DNA of 64,000 nucleotides from Capsulimonadaceae bacterium (GTDB lineage Bacteria; Armatimonadota; Armatimonadia; Armatimonadales; Capsulimonadaceae): NCBI GenBank assembly GCA_965215505.1, contig OZ244065.1, positions 4,064,001 to 4,128,000 of the forward strand, read 5' to 3'. Shown piece by piece: positions 28,451 to 36,775 of this stretch (position 1 is its first letter; each line of letters starts with the position of its first letter). The notes under the pieces were generated by a model. It saw only the letters and a program-made list of their open reading frames with translations, ran no database searches and was not told where the DNA came from. The position numbers and the translations under genes were made by a program.

Positions 28451-31400
28451 TTACAGCAGACCCCCCAGGATTTTCAGAGTGATGGCCGAGCCGAGCAGGC
28501 CCTGGAAGAAGGTGCTGAAGCTGTTCCCGCTCCGGCTCACGTTCTCGGCCAGCACCTTGGTCGGTACCAGGATCAGGTCGCCCGGCTGGATCGCGCCCGC
28601 GGCGGCGGCGGGGATCAGGCCGCCCCCGGCGTGGATGACCTCGATCCGGTCCTTGGCGGCGTCCGGGGTGAAATCGCCGGCGTACTTGATGTAATAGTCC
28701 ACGGACTGGCCCGGCTTGAAGACGACCCCGCGCCCGGCGTAGACCGCCCCGACGACCTGGACGGTCGTGGGCGTCTCGGGGACGACGATGGTGTCGCCGT
28801 CTTTGAGCAGGAAGTCCTCGGAGCCGCCGGGGCGTCTCAAGGCGTCCCGCAGCCGGATGGCGACGTTGCCGTTCGGCTGGAGCTGGCTCGGGGTCAGCAG
28901 CCGCCCCTGCGAAACCGGGTTGATGGTCCGCAGGTTGTCCACCAGCCCCCCGACATTGGGGTTAGCGGCGCTGCCGCTGCTCGGCGTGATGCCGGGGATG
29001 GCGATGCCGCTGCTCGACGCCCCGCTGGCCGCGCTGCCCGCCGCTTCGATCAGGGCGAGGCTGGCCTTGGCCCGCTCGCGCTGGTACTGGCTCAAGTTCA
29101 GCATGTCGCTCATCTTGCTGATGGTCTGGGCGAGGTCCATCTGCCCGGTCGTCAGCAGGGTGTCCGAAGTGCGCGTGAACTCGGCCCCCTGCGGGAACGC
29201 CTCGGGCAGCAGGCCGCCCGCCTTGCGAACGGCGTCGCTCAGGCGCGTCGTGCTGTCTATCGGGAACGGGCCGGGGTGGGCGACGGCCCCGGTCACGGTC
29301 ACGATGGGCGGGTGGTCCTTGATGGTGCCGTTACCCTGCACCGTCACCACGTCGCCGTCCTGGAGGACGGTGTCGCCGCTCGGGGCCAGCACGCCCGGCC
29401 CCTGGTAGGCGACGACGATCGGCGGCGTCACGGCCGGAGACGTGGACGTGTTCGGCTGCCGGGCGTGGGAGACCATGACCACCGTGCCGCCGCCGGGCTT
29501 GTAGGCCCCGGACAGCTTGACCAGGTCGCTGATCTTCATGCCCTCGCCGCGCGCGTACAGGCCCGGCGCGACCACGTCGCCCAATATCTTGACGGTGTGG
29601 TCCGGCGTGAAGTGCGCCTCGCCGATGCGGAAGACGGCCAGCACGTCGTTATCCTGGACCGAGGCGTCCTCCGCCGCGTCCCCCGCCAGCAGGGCGCGCA
29701 GGTTGACGTAGTCATAGGCGAACGTGCCGTCGCCGCGCTGGTGCAGCAGGACCGCCCGGTTTAAATAGGCGTCGGGGAGCGGCCCGCCGGTGTCGAGCAG
29801 CAGGTCGCTGACCTTCATGTTGTCGGACTGCGTGTAGAGGCCGGGCCGCTGGACGTCCCCGCGCACCTCGACGGAGCGCCGCCCCAGGTAGGCCACGTCC
29901 TGGCGCGAAAAGACCCGCAGGGTGTCGAATGTCTTCAAGGGCAGGTTCTGGGCCGGGTCGCCGTCGAGCGCCGCCGCGACGTTGACCGACACGACGGCGG
30001 TCGTATTGTCGGCGTTCAGCCGCGTCAGCTCCGCCCGCCCCAAGTAGGCGTCATACAACGGCTGCCGCGCCCGACGCAGCAGGTCGGCGACGCGCATCCC
30101 CGGCGTCAGGGCGTAGTCGCCTGGCTGGTCCACCTCGCCGACAACCGTGACCCGGTTGGTCAGGATGGCGCGCACCGAGGACACTTCCACGCTGTCGCCG
30201 TCGTACAGAGGCGTCCGGGCGGCCCTGGCGCGGTCGCTCAGGTTGACGTCCACGATGATGCGGCCCGTCCCGTTGTTCACGGTGTCTATGTGGACGTTCT
30301 GGTCCACGCCCGAGGGTTTGACGCCGCCCGCGTAGTTCAGGGCGTCCAGGAGAGTCTCGGCCGGGTTCAGCTCGTAGACGGCCTGCTGGCGCACCTCGCC
30401 GCGTACCGAGACGCGCGAGACAGGGGCGGGGATGTAGATGTTGTCGCCGGACTGGAGGTTGACGTCGCCCTGACGCGCGCTCGGGCGGCCCGTGCCCGCG
30501 CTGATCAGCGGGTAGATGTCCAGGACGCCCACGGGCCGCCCGCCGCGCAGGACGCGGATGTCGCGCAGGGAGCCGTTTGCCGTCGGCCCGCCGGTCGCCT
30601 GGAGGACGCTGAAGGCGGTCGTGCTGGCCGGGACCTGGTAGGTGCCCGGCTCGAAGGAGTTCCCGCTGACCGTCACCTGGATGGTGCGGAGCTGACGCAG
30701 GCTGATGGAGACTTCCGGTTTCCGGTACAGCCGGGACAGGCGCTGGATCAGGGTCGCCTCGGCCTGAGCGGCCGTCCTCCCGGCAACGCTGAGGCGGCCC
30801 GCGCCCTCGACGCTGATGCCGCCCTGCGCGTCTACAGTCGCATTGAACTCGCGCGGGGTCAGGGTCAGGGCGCTGTAGCGGACCGTCAGCGAGTCGCCCG
30901 GCTGGAGCTGGTAGTTCGGCGGCAGGGAGGTGAGGACGTTGCGGTACAGCGAGGAGATCGGGTCGGCGAGTTGGCCCCCGACGGCGTCCGTCGCGCCCGC
31001 CCCGCCGTTCTGACCGTTGTTTTGGCCGCCGCTTTGCAGCAGGGCGTCATCGCCGGGGAACTGGATGTCGCTGCCAGGAGCGGCCGTGTCGCCGGCAAAA
31101 GCACCGCCGGTGTAAGCGTCATCCGGGGTCCGGCGGCGGGGCGTCGTCTGCCCGCTCACGTCGCCGCTCCCCGTGCCGTCCTGACCGCCGTACCCATTGT
31201 TGTAGGCCTGGCCGTTATATGTTTGGCCGTTATCGCCCGTGCTGCGCGTGTCCGGCGCATTGGGATCGTTCAAGAGAGCGGCGTTGGGATCATTCATATT
31301 GCCCCCGGCCACGCCGGCAGCCGCCGCGCGCCGCCGCGCCGCCGCGCTCTGGCCCGACCCGTCCGCGCCGCCGTTCGTGTCCTGGCCGTTCGTGTCCTGG

Positions 31401-32161
31401 CTGTTGGTATTCGGGCCATTCGAGTTCAGGCCATTGGCATCGAAGCCGTTCGTGTCGCCTGAGCCGTTTGCGCCGAACCCGGTGCCTGCCGCGTTCCCGC
31501 CGCCCTGAGTCACGGTCGAGCGGCTGCGCGTCCCCGTCTGAACCGGGGCAGGGCGCGGCAGCAGGGCGCGGCGGCGGGCGATGATGATCTGGCGCGCGGG
31601 CTGGAAGAAGTCGTACCCGAAGAGCGGGAGCGGCCGGACGCCCGCCCCCTGCCGCGGCTGGAACGGGTCCGTCGGGAGGGTGTAGACGCCCGGCGCGCGC
31701 GGGGGGATGAGCGGGGTGATCCGGTTGCCGGGCGACCCGCCGGTCGCCCCCGGCCCGGTCCCGCGCGTCGGGGTGGTCAGGAGCAGGGGGTTGGGGGGCG
31801 TCACGGGCAGCCGCGGCCGGTTCGTCCGGCCGGAGCGTGTCCCGACCGCGCCCGCCGCGCCGCCGTTGTCCACGCCGACCGGGGGGCCGGGGGACGCCGA
31901 GCCATTCGCCCCGCCATACCCGCCGCTGCCGTCATCGCCCCCATTGCCGGTGTTCTGGTCGCCGAAGCCGCCCGGCGCGCTGCCCGTGTCCCCCACGCCG
32001 CCCGAACTCGCGCCGCCCGCCGAATCGGCCGGGGCGGGCCGCCGCGTCATGTCGTCCTGGGCCGCGCCGCGCTGGGGCAGGCCGAGGCCTACGCTGGAGA
32101 CGGCGAGGAAGGCGGAGGCGGCGAGCAGGGAACGGGGCGAGAGGAAGCGAGAGTGCTGCAT
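28451..32161 (-). CDS. Polysaccharide export protein with multiple SLBB domains (Wza/KpsD-like)
   Basis: Signal peptide, LFGYDFF, NYQLQPGD, repeated GEV..PG.Y / L..GD motifs. Confidence 0.88.
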   Translation of the reverse strand: MQHSRFLSPRSLLAASAFLAVSSVGLGLPQRGAAQDDMTRRPAPADSAGGASSGGVGDTGSAPGGFGDQNTGNGGDDGSGGYGGANGSASPGPPVGVDNGGAAGAVGTRSGRTNRPRLPVTPPNPLLLTTPTRGTGPGATGGSPGNRITPLIPPRAPGVYTLPTDPFQPRQGAGVRPLPLFGYDFFQPARQIIIARRRALLPRPAPVQTGTRSRSTVTQGGGNAAGTGFGANGSGDTNGFDANGLNSNGPNTNSQDTNGQDTNGGADGSGQSAAARRRAAAAGVAGGNMNDPNAALLNDPNAPDTRSTGDNGQTYNGQAYNNGYGGQDGTGSGDVSGQTTPRRRTPDDAYTGGAFAGDTAAPGSDIQFPGDDALLQSGGQNNGQNGGAGATDAVGGQLADPISSLYRNVLTSLPPNYQLQPGDSLTVRYSALTLTPREFNATVDAQGGISVEGAGRLSVAGRTAAQAEATLIQRLSRLYRKPEVSISLRQLRTIQVTVSGNSFEPGTYQVPASTTAFSVLQATGGPTANGSLRDIRVLRGGRPVGVLDIYPLISAGTGRPSARQGDVNLQSGDNIYIPAPVSRVSVRGEVRQQAVYELNPAETLLDALNYAGGVKPSGVDQNVHIDTVNNGTGRIIVDVNLSDRARAARTPLYDGDSVEVSSVRAILTNRVTVVGEVDQPGDYALTPGMRVADLLRRARQPLYDAYLGRAELTRLNADNTTAVVSVNVAAALDGDPAQNLPLKTFDTLRVFSRQDVAYLGRRSVEVRGDVQRPGLYTQSDNMKVSDLLLDTGGPLPDAYLNRAVLLHQRGDGTFAYDYVNLRALLAGDAAEDASVQDNDVLAVFRIGEAHFTPDHTVKILGDVVAPGLYARGEGMKISDLVKLSGAYKPGGGTVVMVSHARQPNTSTSPAVTPPIVVAYQGPGVLAPSGDTVLQDGDVVTVQGNGTIKDHPPIVTVTGAVAHPGPFPIDSTTRLSDAVRKAGGLLPEAFPQGAEFTRTSDTLLTTGQMDLAQTISKMSDMLNLSQYQRERAKASLALIEAAGSAASGASSSGIAIPGITPSSGSAANPNVGGLVDNLRTINPVSQGRLLTPSQLQPNGNVAIRLRDALRRPGGSEDFLLKDGDTIVVPETPTTVQVVGAVYAGRGVVFKPGQSVDYYIKYAGDFTPDAAKDRIEVIHAGGGLIPAAAAGAIQPGDLILVPTKVLAENVSRSGNSFSTFFQGLLGSAITLKILGGLL

Positions 32162-32331
32162 GGTTGGTCCTAAGATGAGTTCTGAGATAGGTCCTGCGAG
32201 GGAGTTGGGGCCGGTGACGGGGTCAGAAGACGGCAATGACACCAGTATACATCATTTTTGCGCGAATCCGCCCGCGTCCGGCGCGTGGCCGGCAGGATTT
32301 TCCCGTCAGGACGCCGAAAGGCTGTGTCACT

Positions 32332-32754
32332 ATGTCGGCAACACTCCCCCTGAACGAACCCCAGACCGGAACCCTGCGCGCCGCCGTGGACCGCATTCTG
32401 CCCGCCGACGCCGCGCCGGGCGGCTGGGAGGCGGGGGTGGGCGACTACTTCGCACTCCTTCTATCGCGCGAACCCCGGTTTTTGTTCCCCACCCGTCAGG
32501 GACTGGACGCGCTGGACGCCGAGGCGCTGGCGACCGAAGGCTCCCCGTTCGCCGCCCTCGCGCCGGACGCCCAGGACGCCCTGCTGGCGCGCGTCGAGGC
32601 CGGGGACGTGCGGGCGGCCTGGCCCCTGCCCGCCGCCGACTTCTTCCGCCGCCTGGTTTCCCAGGCGATGGAGGGCTACTACGCCGACCCCGGCAACGGC
32701 GGCAACAGAGGGGAAGCGTCGTGGAAGATGATCGGCTTCCGGGTGACGGCGTGA
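32332..32754 (+). CDS. Gluconate 2-dehydrogenase subunit 3 family protein
   Basis: DRILP...PG, EGYYADPGNGGNR...SWKMIGF. Confidence 0.88.
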   Translation: MSATLPLNEPQTGTLRAAVDRILPADAAPGGWEAGVGDYFALLLSREPRFLFPTRQGLDALDAEALATEGSPFAALAPDAQDALLARVEAGDVRAAWPLPAADFFRRLVSQAMEGYYADPGNGGNRGEASWKMIGFRVTA

Positions 32755-32768
32755 GGCATCAGAGGGAA

Positions 32769-32933
32769 GCCGGGCCGGAACGAGTGATTGAAATCACTCG
32801 CTGCCGCCGGATTTGTCCAGGGGACAAGGGAGCGGAATGATGCCGAACATTCGTCTGTCCCTGGCCTGCCTTCTTCTGTCCCCTGGACAGGTCCCCTTCA
32901 GCGAGTGATTTCAATCACTCGTTCCGGCCCGGC
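32769..32933. mobile_element. MITE-like palindromic element, copy 2
   Basis: Perfect 35-bp terminal IR GCCGGGCCGGAACGAGTGATTGAAATCACTCGCTG (32769-32803 and 32899-32933). Confidence 0.8.
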
Positions 32934-32961
32934 CCCTCAGTCGCGTACAGGATGTAACTCC

Positions 32962-34614
32962 ATGACACAACCACACTACGACGCCATCATCATCGGGGCC
33001 GGGGCGGGCGGCGGCGTCGCCGCCGGGCTGCTGGCCGAGGCCGGCAAGCGCGTCCTGCTCCTGGAGCGGGGCCGCCGGCTCTCGTTCGCCGAGGTGGGCC
33101 GCGACCACCTGCGGAACCAGCGCCTGCCGCAGTACGGGTTCAATGCCGGGCCGGACCCGCTCGGCAACCCGCGCGTTGTCGTCTCCTCCGAGGGGGAAGC
33201 TTTTACCGTCAACCCGATTGACGGCGGGTATCAGGCGAACGCCGCCTGCGTCGGCAGCGGGACGCGGGTCTATGGGTCGCAGGCTTGGCGGTTCCTGCCG
33301 GACGACTTCCGCATGGCCTCCAAGTACGGCGTCCCCCCCGGCAGCAGCCTGGCCGACTGGCCGATCACTTACGAAGACCTCGCGCCGGACTACGAGCGCG
33401 CCGAGTGGGAGATGGGCGTCTCGGGCGACGAGGCGACGGCGGGCAAGGGTCGCCCGCGCCACCGGCCCTACCCCATGCCGCCTCTGCCGATGAACATGCA
33501 GGGGCGGGCCTTGCGGGCGGGCGCGGCGGCGCTGGGGTGGGGGACCGAGCGCGTGCCCCTTCTCATCAACAGCGTCCCCAATCTGGGCCGGGACGCCTGC
33601 GTCCACTGCCAGCACTGCGTCGGCTTCGCCTGCCCGACCGACGCCAAGAACGGCACCCAGAACACGATGATCCCGCGCGCCCTGGCCTCGGGCAACTGCA
33701 CCCTGGAAACCGAGGCGATGGCCGAGCGCATTGACACCGATGGGGCGGGCCGCGTCGCCGGCGTCACTTACTGGACCAAGGAGGGCCTGCACGTCACGGC
33801 CACGAGCGAGGTCGTCGTCGTCTCGGGCGGCGCGGTCGAATCGGCCCGGCTGCTGCTCAACTCCAAGTCTTCCGTCCACCCCGACGGCCTGGGCAACGCG
33901 CACGACCAGGTCGGGCGCAGTTTGCAGGGGCACTACTACGCCGGGGCGGTGGGCTGGATGCCGGACCCGATCTGGGACGGCATCGGGCCGGGCGCGACCA
34001 CGGCCACCATCGAGTGGAGCCACGACAACGTGGACGAAAAGGGCGAGCGGATCATCGGTGGCGGGATGCTGGCCGACGACTTCATCTGCCTGCCCCTCAG
34101 CGTCCTGAAGGGCCGCGTCCCCGTCGAGGTCCCGCGCTGGGGCCTGGCCCACAAGGAGTGGATGCGCCGTCACTACACGCGGATGCTGCTCATCACCGGC
34201 CCCGTCCAGGAGATCCCCAGCCCCGAAGGCCGCGTGTCCGTGGACCCGGACGTGTGCGACCGCTGGGGCCTGCCCGTCGCCCGGATGTCCGGCACGACCC
34301 ACCCGGAAACCCTCCGCACCTACGACTTCATGCGGCTGCGCGCCGAGGAGTGGGCGCGCGCCTGCGGGGCCGAGGACACCCGGAGCCACGCCAACGCCCT
34401 CACCCTGAGCGGCGGCCAGCACCAGGCGGGGACCTGCCGCATGGGCGACGACCCGCAAACGTCAGTCACCGACAAGCATGGCCGCGTCCACGGCCACGAC
34501 AACCTCTACATCGCCGACGGCTCCCTGCACGTCACGAACGGCGGCTTCAACCCCGTCCTGACGATCCTCGCGCTTTCCTTTCGCGTCGCCGGGCATCTGG
34601 TGAGGTCTTGGTAG
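32962..34614 (+). CDS. GMC-family oxidoreductase
   Basis: IIGAGAGG FAD motif, C..C..C...C, HQAGTCRMG, NLYIADGS, NP.LTI.AL. Confidence 0.93.
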   Translation: MTQPHYDAIIIGAGAGGGVAAGLLAEAGKRVLLLERGRRLSFAEVGRDHLRNQRLPQYGFNAGPDPLGNPRVVVSSEGEAFTVNPIDGGYQANAACVGSGTRVYGSQAWRFLPDDFRMASKYGVPPGSSLADWPITYEDLAPDYERAEWEMGVSGDEATAGKGRPRHRPYPMPPLPMNMQGRALRAGAAALGWGTERVPLLINSVPNLGRDACVHCQHCVGFACPTDAKNGTQNTMIPRALASGNCTLETEAMAERIDTDGAGRVAGVTYWTKEGLHVTATSEVVVVSGGAVESARLLLNSKSSVHPDGLGNAHDQVGRSLQGHYYAGAVGWMPDPIWDGIGPGATTATIEWSHDNVDEKGERIIGGGMLADDFICLPLSVLKGRVPVEVPRWGLAHKEWMRRHYTRMLLITGPVQEIPSPEGRVSVDPDVCDRWGLPVARMSGTTHPETLRTYDFMRLRAEEWARACGAEDTRSHANALTLSGGQHQAGTCRMGDDPQTSVTDKHGRVHGHDNLYIADGSLHVTNGGFNPVLTILALSFRVAGHLVRSW

Positions 34615-36109
34615 GCGCGCGCTCCCACGCCTTGCCGCCGCAGTTCACGGAGCATCGGGCGATCTCTGCTTTCAGCTCGTCCCCGCCGACGATGCCGCTG
34701 CCGAAACCGAGCCGCTCGCCGCGCCCCACGACGACCCCGCCGCCTTCCGATGTCAGGAAGTAGTCTTCCACCTGTGCCCAGGATAACCGACGCCGGCCCA
34801 GCGGCGTGATGCGGGTCAGGCCGTTCTCATCCGTTTCAATGCGGCAGACGCGGTAGGTGTGCAAGCAGGCGAGGTACACCAGCCCGAAGAAAAACGCCGC
34901 GCAGGCCTGCCCCGTTATCTGCGTTCCTGGTATCAGCCCCTGCCACGTCGCCCAACAGCCGAAAATAATCGTCAGGCAGATGCCGAGCGGCAGCCCCAGC
35001 AGCGCCCGGTGCATGCGTGTCCGGTAATGGTACACGCGCGCCCCTTCCCCGACCCGCCCGCCACTCCAGCGCGCCGCCTCGCCGCCCAATACCTCCGGGT
35101 CAACATCCGCCCGCCATTCCTTATCCTCAGCGTTCGCGGCGTAGCGCTGGATGACTGCCTTCAGGAGCGTCGCGCCGCTCAAGACAGCGAGAAAGTCAAA
35201 CCTGCCCTGCCGCGTTTCCACAACGTAGCGGATGGTCAGCGCGCCCGGCCCGCGAACGACCTGGTAGCCGGTTACATCTGACCATGCCGCCTCCACCCGC
35301 CGCGCCCCGTCTTCAAAGACTATCTGGTTTGTGTCCGCCGTGATGCGCTCCGCCTTGCGCCGCGCCGCCGCGCGGTACTGGGCGAACACCACCAGGAGCG
35401 GCCCTGCGTACAGGAAAGGGATGATCAGGTAGGGCGCGAAGAGGGCCAGCTTCATCGGCCAGCCCACAAACCCGCCCAGCCCCGCCGCCTGCTGCAACGG
35501 CTTGGCAAAGACGTAGATGAAGCCGGTCAAAACCAGCTTCAAGAGGATGCGCGGCGTCCAGACGTTCTGCCAGGTGTCATACCGGAAGACGCGCGGCCAT
35601 GCATCACAGGGGCGCGTGCCGAGCAAGTCCCATCGGCTGACGGCGGCACCCGTCGCACGGCGCGTGACTTGCTCCCGGAGCGAGTCTACCTGCGTCCACT
35701 GCCTGCTGAATGAGACTGCCCCGGATGGCGTTCTAATGACTGCCCGCAGCGAGTCCCGTCCCGCCTGCACCGGAAGGCGGTCGTAATAGTCCTGGACCTC
35801 CTCCCAGGGCGCCGCCTTCCAGCCGAACCCCCCGTGCCAGCGCAGGCCGCGCACATCCGCTTCAATGCGGGCGTTCAGCGTCCACCACGTCAGCCACGCC
35901 GCCGTGAGGAAGGAGCCGAGAGAGGTGGTGCCGAAGAAGGCTGCTTCCAAAACCGGGTGCAGGGGTGGCGGGTTGGAAGGGAGGGTCGCGCCCAGCCCAG
36001 CCATGATGGCAAAAAGCACGGCCATGCCGACCATTAGCCACCACTCGGCGGCAGGGCGGCAGGAAACAGTTCCAGCGGGATTGAAAGCGTCGGGCGCGTC
36101 GGTCGGCAT
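34547..36109 (-). CDS. Hypothetical membrane protein with three repeated TM-pair plus PH-like units
   Basis: Three repeats of I..D..G....W..V..Y following TM pairs. Confidence 0.7.
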   Translation of the reverse strand: MPTDAPDAFNPAGTVSCRPAAEWWLMVGMAVLFAIMAGLGATLPSNPPPLHPVLEAAFFGTTSLGSFLTAAWLTWWTLNARIEADVRGLRWHGGFGWKAAPWEEVQDYYDRLPVQAGRDSLRAVIRTPSGAVSFSRQWTQVDSLREQVTRRATGAAVSRWDLLGTRPCDAWPRVFRYDTWQNVWTPRILLKLVLTGFIYVFAKPLQQAAGLGGFVGWPMKLALFAPYLIIPFLYAGPLLVVFAQYRAAARRKAERITADTNQIVFEDGARRVEAAWSDVTGYQVVRGPGALTIRYVVETRQGRFDFLAVLSGATLLKAVIQRYAANAEDKEWRADVDPEVLGGEAARWSGGRVGEGARVYHYRTRMHRALLGLPLGICLTIIFGCWATWQGLIPGTQITGQACAAFFFGLVYLACLHTYRVCRIETDENGLTRITPLGRRRLSWAQVEDYFLTSEGGGVVVGRGERLGFGSGIVGGDELKAEIARCSVNCGGKAWERAPTKTSPDARRRERKARGSSGRG

Positions 36110-36290
36110 GGGATGATTGACACGCGGGGCGGTGGAAAGTTGCGACGGGGCGGGGATGGGCAGAAGGAATACCACGGGTTTCAACCCGTAGATCTCTTGC
36201 GTCACCTATGGGGAAAGTGCTACAGCAGAAAGAGACAGCCTGCTGAGGGGCTGTCTCTTCCAACTTGGACAGGAAGGAGGTGCATCTCCA

Positions 36291-36420
36291 ATGTCCAGAA
36301 ATGTGCGACAGGCCATTCTACGGGTCCGATCTACGGGTCCGACCCATCGCGCAGGTTATCGCGGCGATATTCTCGATTATCGCTGCGATTCTTCGGACCG
36401 CTAAAAGCCCCGGCTTCTAG
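36291..36420 (+). other. Candidate type I toxin-like small hydrophobic peptide gene (frame shifted by a 13-bp duplication; in-frame ATG at 36301 gives 39 aa)
   Basis: AGGAGG SD in a hairpin; hydrophobic segment IAQVIAAIFSIIAAIL; flanking hairpins and terminator. Confidence 0.5.
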
Positions 36421-36432
36421 TCTCCGGTGAGA

Positions 36433-36467
36433 AGAAGGGGATCGCTGCCAGGCGGTTCCCTCTTTTT
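36433..36467 (+). terminator. Intrinsic terminator after the small-peptide ORF
   Basis: GGGGATCGC-TGCCAG-GCGGTTCCC followed by TCTTTTT. Confidence 0.65.
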
Positions 36468-36676
36468 GCTGTGTGAGATGCGGGGAGGGCCAGCCCTACA
36501 TCCACAGCAGCAAAGTGTTTGCTGTATGTCACGCAGCGTGACACAGCTAGTTTGACACCTGAGCGCCCGATTGTCAATAGCCCGGCGACAGATGCGGTAG
36601 CGTATCATCGGCTGTTATTCTGATTTTAATCAACCCACCGTACATGACAAAAGAAGAGGACGCGATGAATTTGGAA

Positions 36677-36729
36677 AGGGCGCGATGAATCGTGCCCCTA
36701 CGCCGTAGGGGCGAACCTTGTGTTCGCCT
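36677..36729. repeat. REP doublet made of two different stem types
   Basis: AGGGCGCGATGAATCGTGCCCCTAC and GTAGGGGCGAACCTTGTGTTCGCCT. Confidence 0.85.
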
Positions 36730-36775
36730 TTCGTAACGTGTTCGCCTTTCTCGCCTTTTCCGCCCCTCTAATGCA

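Noticed and set aside
36400-36660. Possible IS200/IS605 end or omega/HEARO-type RNA
   Set aside because: No TnpA, TnpB or IscB ORF is adjacent and I cannot match a consensus; a covariance-model search would be needed
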